From positions 204,948 through 268,947 of the forward strand of contig CAVWJH010000004.1 in the NCBI GenBank assembly GCA_963755455.1: a DNA stretch of 64,000 bases, read 5' to 3'. The stretch comes from an uncultured Verrucomicrobiae bacterium (lineage in GTDB: Bacteria; Verrucomicrobiota; Verrucomicrobiia; Limisphaerales; UBA11358). Below the pieces are notes generated by a model. It did no database searches and was not told the origin of the DNA. It saw only the letters and a program-made list of their open reading frames with translations. The position numbers and the translations under genes were made by a program. Position 1 is the stretch's first letter, and each line of letters begins with the position of its first letter. Below are positions 56,415 through 64,000 of the stretch, piece by piece.

Positions 56415-56503
56415 TATTCCATTCCAAGAAGCTTTCGGGATGCCCGTCTCCACCACGCACACCAACAGGACTTCCATCATGGGCACCGGTTGCGCGAAAG
56501 GCT

Positions 56504-57436
56504 TCAATCCAGCCGCCCGCCCTGTTTCAGCGGATGTCCGGCTAAAAATTCCTGCGCGCCCATGCGCCGTCCGCCTTCGCGCTGCAATTCCAGAATCCGC
56601 AGCGCGTTTTTCCCGCAGGCGACAACAATTCCATTTTTGTCCGCCGACAAGACCGTGCCGGGCTGGCCATTATCTCCGGCGACTTCCGCTTTCCAGATTT
56701 TCAGCAATTGCAACTTTGATTCAGTTTTCAAAAATGTGAACGCGCCCGGCCACGGCGTGAACGCACGCAGACGGTTCAAGATTTTCTCCGCCGGCTCGCT
56801 CCAGTCAATCCTGCCGTCCTCCCGTTTTATCTTCGCCGCGTAGCTCGCGCCCTCGGCAGGCTGCGGCTTTGGCGGGATTTTCCCGGCGACGTAATCTGGA
56901 ATTGTCTCAACCAGCAATTCCGCGCCGAGTTGCGCCAGACGGTCGTGGAGCGTTTGCGAGTTGTCTTCGGGCAAAATCGGTGTGCGCGCCTGTGAAATGA
57001 TTTCGCCGGTGTCCAAGCCCGCGTCCATTTTCATGATCGTCACGCCGGTTTCGGTTTCGCCGTTGAGGATTGCGGACTGGATCGGCGCCGCGCCGCGATA
57101 TTTCGGCAGCAGCGACGTATGGACGTTCACGCAGCCAAACTTCGGCAAATCCAGAATCGCTTGCGGCAAAATCTGTCCGTAAGCAACGACGACAATCAAA
57201 TCCGGCTGCAACCCGCGCAGTTCGGAGATGAATTTTTCGTCGCGTGCTTTCACGGGCTGCACAACCGGCAGATTCAATTTCTCCGCCAGAATTTTCACCG
57301 GCGAGAATTGCAATTTAAGATCGCGGCCTCTGGGTTTGTCCGGCTGCGTGACGACGGCAGCGACGGAAAATGTTCCCGCCAGCTTTTCCAGACTGGCGCA
57401 GGACAGTTCCGCCGTGCCCATGAAAACAATCTTCAT
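56504..57436 (-). CDS. fmt: Methionyl-tRNA formyltransferase
   Basis: MKIVFMGTAE...VVTQPDKPRGR........VVVAYGQILP......GCVNVHTSLLPKYRGAAPIQ.AI..G...TGVTIM.MD.G.DTG. Confidence 0.9.
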   Translation of the reverse strand: MKIVFMGTAELSCASLEKLAGTFSVAAVVTQPDKPRGRDLKLQFSPVKILAEKLNLPVVQPVKARDEKFISELRGLQPDLIVVVAYGQILPQAILDLPKFGCVNVHTSLLPKYRGAAPIQSAILNGETETGVTIMKMDAGLDTGEIISQARTPILPEDNSQTLHDRLAQLGAELLVETIPDYVAGKIPPKPQPAEGASYAAKIKREDGRIDWSEPAEKILNRLRAFTPWPGAFTFLKTESKLQLLKIWKAEVAGDNGQPGTVLSADKNGIVVACGKNALRILELQREGGRRMGAQEFLAGHPLKQGGRLD

Positions 57437-57461
57437 TGATGATTTGCGATTTACGATTGAT
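57437..57461 (-). repeat. AAATCGT-heptamer motif directly upstream of the fmt ATG
   Basis: The minus strand reads ATCAATCGTAAATCGCAAATCATCA, followed by the ATG at 57436. An inverted partner (CGTAAATCATAAACCGCAAATC) lies at about 57491-57512. Confidence 0.65.
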
Positions 57462-57523
57462 GATTTTTGCCGCCGCAAAGACCGGCAAAGCGTAAATCAT
57501 AAACCGCAAATCTTAAATCCAAT

Positions 57524-58108
57524 TCAGCCGAGCTTGACGATTTGGCGGAGGACTTTGAGGAAGGTCTGCGGCGGCGTGCCGTCGGTGTTGATGCGGTGGA
57601 CGATTTCCTTGCCGTAAAAATTCAGCACGGGCTTGGTCTCGGCCTCGTAGGTTTTGAGCCGTGCGCGGATGACGTCCATGTTCGCGTCGTCGAGGCGGTT
57701 GTCCTTGAGCGCGCGGCGTTGCAGGCGCTTGACGAGGTTCTCGAAGTTTGCGCTGCACATATAAAACACGGCGACGACGTCGAGAAATTTGTCCAGCATT
57801 TCGGCCTGATGGACGTTGCGCGGGATGCCGTCGAGGACAAGCATGTTGCGTTTGTGGTCGAGGCGTCCGGCGGCGGCGAGGCCGTGCGTGTAATTTTTCC
57901 AAAGCTCGATGGTCGGCTCGTCGGGCACGAGTCCGCCGGTGCTGGAATGTTCGAGAAAAGTTTTTCCCAGCGGCGTTTCGGGGCTGAGGCTGCGGAAGAC
58001 TTCGCCGCAACTGCAATGGACGAAGCCCGGAATCGAGCCGAGGATTTTCCCGTGCGTGCCCTTGCCCGAACCGGGCGCGCCGAACATGAGGATCGTGCGG
58101 TATTTCAA
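57524..58108 (-). CDS. Adenylate kinase family nucleoside-monophosphate kinase
   Basis: P-loop ILMFGAPGSGKGTHG, then LVPDE...VLDGIPRN..QAE and LKTYEAETKPVLNFY. Confidence 0.7.
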   Translation of the reverse strand: MKYRTILMFGAPGSGKGTHGKILGSIPGFVHCSCGEVFRSLSPETPLGKTFLEHSSTGGLVPDEPTIELWKNYTHGLAAAGRLDHKRNMLVLDGIPRNVHQAEMLDKFLDVVAVFYMCSANFENLVKRLQRRALKDNRLDDANMDVIRARLKTYEAETKPVLNFYGKEIVHRINTDGTPPQTFLKVLRQIVKLG

Positions 58109-59044
58109 GCGTCCTTGTGTTTGAGCTGGATTTCCTGGATTTCGGCGAACGGCACCATCTCCTCGCAGCTCGCCTCGCCCTTGACAATCTGAAAATGCAC
58201 ATCGTCCTGCGCGATGCGCGAGATGCGCTGCACGACAAATTCGCCGCGCATCGTTTTCACGGCGAGCACCATGTCCTTGTCAATGTCGCGGCGGACGACG
58301 CTGAAAAATCCGGGGAACTTCGTCTCGAAAAACCGGCGGTTGAACGTGAACTGTCCGCGCTGGAAAACCTGCGCCGGCGGCGCTCCGGACGCGGTCCCCG
58401 CTGCCTGCCACGACGCGGCGGTGATTGTGATTTCTTCTTTCGTCGGCGTGCCCGGCACGCTGAACTTTTGCTCCTCGGACTCGATCACCGACTCGGCCGG
58501 CGCGGCTTGAGGCTGCACAACCGTCGGCAGCGAAAGGATGATGACCGGCCCCAAAACCGGCAGCACCGCCGCCACGCCCATTCCCATGCCCGATTGGGCG
58601 CACGCGGAAAATGGCCGCTTCAAATCCCGCGTAAATGTTCGCCGCGTAAATCAGCAGCAGCGCCACCAGCCCGACCGACGACGAAAACAGCGCGCCAATC
58701 AGGGATTGTTTCGGTGGCAAGTCCAGCCGCGTCACGTCGTTGACTTTGATTTCCGGCCTGGGCGGGCGCTCCGACGCCGGAATTTCGATGAACGGCTCCA
58801 CGAGCGGTTCAATTTTCGGATCCGCCGCCGACAATTGCTTCAGCCCGTCCTGTGAAAATTTCGTCCACGGCATCCGTTCCGTGTATTTGTCGTCCGGCGT
58901 GCGGAAGATGATGCCGACGTCGTTGAACTGCACGATGTCGCCCGTCAGCGACGTGCCGTCGGCCAGCGAGAACGTGGCCGCGTGAACCGCCGCGAGCAGC
59001 CCGCACAGCCAGAGGCCGGAAATTGTCCAAATGAGTTTGCGCAC
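58105..59044 (-). pseudogene. Hypothetical membrane protein; one frame break near 58610
   Basis: ORF 58280..59044 has a signal peptide and a sensible N-terminal half up to the TM segment LIGALFSSSVGLVALLLIY. ORF 58105..58623 reads as its continuation. Confidence 0.4.
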
Positions 59045-59133
59045 GGAAACTTTCTAGCAAAACCCGGCGCGGTGCGAAAGAAAATTCAACGCCCTTCCAT
59101 TGGGCACCTGGCCGGAGACGCGCATTTTTGATT

Positions 59134-59209
59134 TCGTCCTCGTGCTCATTCTCGTCCTCGTCCTCGAAAATAAAGGGAGAATCGAGAACGAGGAGGAGGA
59201 GGAGAAGGA
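59134..59209. repeat. Hairpin repeat family F, intergenic copy
   Basis: TTCGTCCTCGTGCTCATTCTCGTCCTCGTCCTCGAAAATAAAGGGAGAATCGAGAACGAGGAGGAGGAGGAGAAGGA. Confidence 0.7.
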
Positions 59210-59311
59210 TTGGATTTCAGTTGGTTCCGACCAGACACTGCTGAACGGACTTTGCCCTGTTGAAAGCATCGTGCGCTTCACGCCGGTTTGATGACGCTTT
59301 CGACACCCGCC

Positions 59312-61044
59312 TCAAACATCCTCCTTGGAACGCTGGGCCATCATGCTCTGGGCGCGCAGCAAATCGTGCAGGGTCACCAGGCCGACGACCTGTCCGTCCG
59401 GGCGGTCAAGCACCACGACAAACTGCGTGTCCGATTCAATGAGCAACTGCTGCAATTTGCCGATGGTCTGGTCGCGCAGGCAGCCGGTTGCCGGTTTCAG
59501 TTTCACGGGCGCTTTTCGGCGAAGGCTTCTTCCGCCTCCTCGCGCGTGAGCACGCCCGCAATTTATTTTCCAGCACGACGGGAAATTGCCGATACGGATG
59601 GGCGGCCAGCATTTTGCGGAGTTCAGCTTCGGCCAGACTGGAAATGATCACCGGCTGAAAATTGGCGATGGCGGAGACGGGAAACTGCTCCCAGCTTTGC
59701 AGATCGCGCGGCGGGCGGACGTGTTCGATGCGGTGGCCGTCCTGTTCCAGCAGCGCGTCGTAAAAATTGTGCGTGTTCATCCGGCGCGCAATCGTCTGGC
59801 TCACCAGCGCGCCCAGCATGAGCGCCGGGACATAGGAAAATTCCTGCGTCATCTCGAACACGATCAGGATGCCGGTCACGGGCGCCCACACGACCGCGCC
59901 GAGGCACGCGCTCATGCCCACGACCGCCAGCGTCAAAAAATCGCCGCGCGTCACGTCGAACTCCAGGTTCAACAATCCGGCGATGATCATCCCGATCATG
60001 CCGCCGAAAAACAGCGCCGGTGAAAAAATTCCGCCGCAGCCGCCAAAGCCGTAGCAACTGAACGTGGCGACGAACTTGGTGACCAGCAGCACCGCCGCCA
60101 GTTGCCAGCCGATGTCGCCCGCGAGCGCGCTGGACAAGATCGCCGTAACCCAGACCGAACACGCCGAGCTGTCCTGTGCGCCAGAAAATCGCGACGCCCA
60201 AAATCCAGGTGATCAATGCGCCGGCCAAACGGCATCGAGCCACGCCGGAATTTTTTTGATTTGCGTCACTCGCCGGCGCAAGCCGAGCGACGAACGCTGA
60301 AAATAAACGCCGGCCAGGCTGGCAATCGCCGCGACAACCGGCGTCAGCAGATAACCGAGCCACGTCGGCGCTTCCACGCCGGTCAAGGTGAACGACGGCT
60401 GCTTGCCGATGATGCCATGCACGACCAGCGCGCCAAGCACCGAAGCCAGCAGCACGGAGCCGAGCAGCCGGCTGTTCAGGTCGCCGATGATTTCTTCCAG
60501 CACAAAAGTCGTCGCGGCCAGCGGCGCGTTGAAGGCTGCGGCCAGGCCCGCCGCCGCGCCCGCCGCCGAAGCCGCGCGCCGGTTTTGTTTCGCTTCGCCG
60601 GTCAGCCCGGCAAGATTGGAGGCGAGCGTTCCGCCGACTTGCACGCTGGGGCCTTCGCGTCCGAGGCTCGAACCGCCGCCGACGCTGATGATTCCGGCCA
60701 GAAATTTAACCCACGCCACGCGCCACGGCATGAAGCCGAAATCTTTCCAGAAGGCGAGCTTGAGCTGCGGGATGCCGCTGCCGGCGGCTTCCTTGCAAAA
60801 TGAATTCAACAGCCAGCCGACCAGCAGCGATGATCCCGACCAGAATGCCCAGGCTGCCGAAAAGAAAAATGATTTTCGACTGATGCGACAGTTGCACGAG
60901 TCCGAGCCGGTAAAGCCAGTTGATGCCGAGTTGAAACGCGACCGCAGCCGCGCCCGCGCCCAGACCATAAACGCAGGAAATTAAAACCGTCCGGCCGCGC
61001 GTGGGCAGCCGCTGCACCAGATGTTGCAGCTTGGAAAAGCTCAT
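59312..61044 (-). pseudogene. ClC-family chloride channel/antiporter with a C-terminal CBS pair; at least three frame breaks
   Basis: GSGIPQLK, GGSSLGREGPSVQVG, AAFNAPLAATTFVLEEI, GGCGGIFSPALFFG and FEMTQ lie in ORFs 60706.., 60213.. and 59436... The CBS tail lies in ORF 59312..59506. Confidence 0.8.
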
Positions 61045-61319
61045 GAAATGTTCCGCCGCCGGAAACCGGCGCAGGCAGACCCGAAATCCGCCGTCCGCTC
61101 CAAGTCGTCCATTTGTTTGAATTCCGCCCGGGAAAAGTCCGGCAATCCGAAGGACAAACGCCGGCGTGTCCGTCCAATTTTTCCTTCGTGGCATCCGCCC
61201 CCGGTGATTTGGGTTCGCGGATTGAAGCGCGACAACAACACCTTGACAATTAAAATCATGACGAGCTTATCTTACTCCTGAAAGCAGCCAGCGCCAGCAA
61301 GAATTAAGATTGTTGCCCG

Positions 61320-62087
61320 TCAAAGCCCCGGACTGCTCTGCATGATGCCGCCGTCGGCAAAGATGGTCGTGGCCGTGATGTAACTGGCGCCGTCACCGGC
61401 GAGAAACGCCACGACGCTCGCGATTTCTTCCGGCTTGGCCATGCGGCCCAGCGGAATGGCGTTGTCCAACTTTTTCAGCAGCTCCGGATTTTGCATCGTG
61501 GACAAATTGATCGGCGTCGCAACCGCGCCGGGCCCGACGCCGACGACGAGAATGTTGTGCGGCGCGAGTTCCACGCCCGCCGTGCGCGTCAACATCCGCA
61601 TCCCGCCTTTCGACAGGCAATACGCGGTGTTGCCGGGCATCGGCCAGTCTTCGTGGACCGAGGTGATGTTGATGATGCGTCCGCCGCCGCCCTGCTTGAT
61701 CATCTGCTGCGCGGCGAGCTGCGTGCCGAAAAACGCGCTCTTGAGATTGATGTTCATCACCTTTTCATATTGCGCCTCGGTCGTGTCGAGAATGGACGTG
61801 CGCGTCTCGACGCCGGCGTTGTTGACCATGATGTCCACGCGGCCAAATTCCTTCACGGCGGCGGCGAACAGGTTTTGCAGATCGGCGACCTGGCTGACGT
61901 CGGCCTTCACGCCGATGACGCAATCGCCCAGCGCGTGGACTTGTTTTTCCAGTTCCTCCGTCGCCTCGGGATGCGCGACGTAATCAATGACGATGTTCGC
62001 GCCCTGCCGCGCGAGTTCCAGCACGATGGCCATGCCGATGCCGCTGTTGCCGCCGGTGACGATGGCGACTTTGCCTTTCAGACTCAT
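61320..62087 (-). CDS. Short-chain dehydrogenase/reductase (glucose 1-dehydrogenase-like)
   Basis: MSLKGKVAIVTGGNSGIG, NNAG and the catalytic S...YCLSK. 255 aa from the ATG at 62087. The ORF-track extension to 62516 is an out-of-frame read of the MFS gene. Confidence 0.85.
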   Translation of the reverse strand: MSLKGKVAIVTGGNSGIGMAIVLELARQGANIVIDYVAHPEATEELEKQVHALGDCVIGVKADVSQVADLQNLFAAAVKEFGRVDIMVNNAGVETRTSILDTTEAQYEKVMNINLKSAFFGTQLAAQQMIKQGGGGRIINITSVHEDWPMPGNTAYCLSKGGMRMLTRTAGVELAPHNILVVGVGPGAVATPINLSTMQNPELLKKLDNAIPLGRMAKPEEIASVVAFLAGDGASYITATTIFADGGIMQSSPGL

Positions 62088-63313
62088 AATTTTTCTCCTT
62101 GGTTGATGATGTTGATGGTTGAATTGAAATTTAATCCGTCGCGTGCAATTTTCTGCGTGACGACGAAAGACAACACGGCCATCGCGAGCGCGACAACTGC
62201 CGTTCCGCCGTAAATGGCGCTCAAATCCAGTCCCGCCCGCGATTGCAACGGGCCGACGCCGAACGCGGCAATGCCGTAGCCAATTTGATAAAACGCGATC
62301 AGTCCGCCCGCCACCGACGCGGCGATGGTCGTCAGTTCTTTCTGGCCAAAACTGATGGTCAGCGGCAGCAGCGCCGAACAGCCGAGTCCGGCCAGACCAA
62401 AACTGAACAAACCCAGCAACGGATTGGTTTTCGGCACCAGCGCGCTGGCAACGAAAGCAGCCGTGACCACGAGCGGCAAAACCGGCAGACCAGTTGTTCC
62501 GGAAACCATTTTTCAATGGCGGCGAACAGAATGCGTCCGCCGGTCACCGTCGCCCAAAAAATTGTGAGCGCGAGCGATGCCACCGATGTGTTCGCGCCAA
62601 AATGTTTCGTCAGGTAAAGCGCCGCCCAGTTGCCGTTCATGGTTTCGCACACGCCGTAGAGCAGCGCGAACGCGGCGAAAATCCAGAACCGCGCCGGGAA
62701 TTTCATTTTCTGCTTTTGGACGGCGGGTGGCTCACCTTCGTTCAATTGTTGACTGAAACTAAACAGCAGCAGCCCAAGAATCAGCGCGCCGACCAGCACA
62801 GGCAATCCCCACCAAATGCCGAAGCCGACAAAAATCGCGACAAAAACCGGGGCCAGCGCCGTGCCCAATCCGAGCAGCGCGTTCAGCGCCAGCACGGCCT
62901 TGTCCACTTTCTGCGGAAAAAATGCGGCGGCAAATGTGTTGAGTGCCGGCACCGTCAGGCCAAATCCGATTCCCATGCAACTCGTGGCGGCCAGCAGAAT
63001 TCCGTAAGCCACGGAATGATTTCGTCATCGCAAACCGGCTTACGACGAGCAGTGTCATTGCCAGCAGATTGGCGAACAGTCCCAGCAGATAAATGCGTTT
63101 GGTGCCGAGCCGGTTTCGCAGTCCCGCGCCCGCCAGCGACGCCACGATGGCCATGATCGCCTGCGGCACAAACATGCCGCCGTATTCCGTGCTCGACAGG
63201 CCATATTCGCCGGGACTCGTGAACACCGCGCTCGCCGCCGGAAACGTGACCAGCGCCATGCCTTGCACCACGCCGGCGGCATACACGGTCAAAATTTCGC
63301 TGCGTTGCGCCAT
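62084..63313 (-). pseudogene. MFS transporter with two frame breaks (about 62500 and about 63000)
   Basis: Three consecutive hydrophobic ORFs (62759..63313, 62359..63012, 62084..62509) read as one 12-TM protein. Its stop overlaps the SDR start (ATGA). Confidence 0.7.
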
Positions 63314-63314
63314 T

Positions 63315-64000
63315 TTATTTGAGGCGCTCGAGCAGGTGGTCGCCGACGCGCAGCGCGTTGGCGATGGCGGTCAGCGAAGGATTCACCGCGCCGATGCTGG
63401 GGAAAAAACTTGTGTCCACGACGTAGAGATTGTCCAGTTCGTGCGCCTTGCAGTTCACGTCCAGCACGGAAGTTTTCGGATCGGCACCGAAGCGGCAGGT
63501 GCCGGATTGATGGCCGACACCGGCGAGAGGAATATGTTTTTTCATGTAGGCATTATTTGGAATGAGATGCGGATGCAATTCGAGATGATCCAGCATGGAT
63601 TCCAATTTTTTCCGCAGCCGGTTGAGCGGTTCCAAATTGTTGAATTCGTAGTGCAGTTGAATTTCGCCCTTGTCATTCCTCAACGTCACGCGGTTTTGCG
63701 GCAGCGGCAAATCTTCGCCGGTGAGCCAGAAATCCACGGAATGCTTCGCCATTTCGCCGAGCAAAAATCCCGGCGCAAATTTCGGCGCGTCGTCGTGAAA
63801 CATCGGCCCTTTGGACTTGCCGAGCATCTGGATGTTGCCGAGCGGAAATTCGTAGTCCGGCGCGCACAAATAAAAATCATTCACCGTGAGCGTTTTTTGA
63901 AACACGGTCGGATTCTCGCGCTTGGACAGCGCCACCAGCGCGATGGCGTTGTGAAACATGTAATTCCGGCCGACCATATCGGAGCCGTTCGCGAGGCCGC
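63315..64000 (-). CDS. GMC-family oxidoreductase, C-terminal part (5' end beyond the window)
   Basis: HQSGTCRFG.DP..SVLD..CKAHELDNLYVVDTSFFPSIGAVNPSLTAIANALRV is the GMC C-terminal signature. The frame is open to the window edge. Confidence 0.8.
   Translation of the reverse strand, partial: GLANGSDMVGRNYMFHNAIALVALSKRENPTVFQKTLTVNDFYLCAPDYEFPLGNIQMLGKSKGPMFHDDAPKFAPGFLLGEMAKHSVDFWLTGEDLPLPQNRVTLRNDKGEIQLHYEFNNLEPLNRLRKKLESMLDHLELHPHLIPNNAYMKKHIPLAGVGHQSGTCRFGADPKTSVLDVNCKAHELDNLYVVDTSFFPSIGAVNPSLTAIANALRVGDHLLERLK

Noticed and set aside
61195-61319. A TTGACA ... TTATCT promoter-like pair on the plus strand.
   Set aside because: No plus-strand gene follows it, because the next genes are all on the minus strand. 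The spacing is also imperfect.
62088-62516. The N-terminal extension of the SDR ORF (398 aa), and similarly 46203..46934 for the third CNNM gene.
   Set aside because: Both extensions are out-of-frame readings of the upstream gene (MFS and CNNM paralog 2 respectively). Their composition is Arg-rich.

Overview
This is a 64-kb chromosomal segment from a high-GC bacterium. Gene content points to Verrucomicrobiota or a relative, but that is inference only: DUF1080, a PEP-CTERM protein, an ECF sigma factor fused to a TIGR03435-like tail, and many short palindromic repeats. I can support about 65 protein-coding genes. Most are housekeeping: hflX, radC, lpxA, hemY-hemH, tal, rhaB, two aminotransferases, an Lrp regulator, folB, comEC, pdxJ-acpS, three tandem CNNM/CorC paralogs, a polyprenyl synthase, rpoZ, smpB, fmt and a ClC channel. 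There is also a GMC-oxidoreductase/MFS/SDR operon. I saw no rRNA, tRNA, tmRNA or CRISPR array by eye. Small AT-richer accessory inserts interrupt this backbone: (1) an overlapping DUF6884 + GIY-YIG nuclease pair; (2) a hypothetical gene plus hicAB; (3) KilA-N + Mrr; (4) a type II R-M pair; (5) an IS1595-family transposase with a HEPN-like passenger next to a degenerate Doc/Fic-like two-gene pair. Four things are most unusual. (a) At least seven families of short palindromic repeats are present. Three copies sit in-frame inside conserved enzymes (pdxJ, and an aminotransferase twice), and one copy supplies the ends of both folB and comEC. (b) Two cassettes (hicAB, KilA-N) are bracketed by diverged duplications of the ends of host genes. 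(c) There are two tandem arrays: 21 bp x 12, and about 42 bp x 11 with dyad-symmetric cores. (d) Many reading-frame disruptions are distributed very unevenly among genes. Genes with a broken frame are typed pseudogene, but several are probably assembly indels. All calls come from reading the ORF translations and the sequence; no searches were run.
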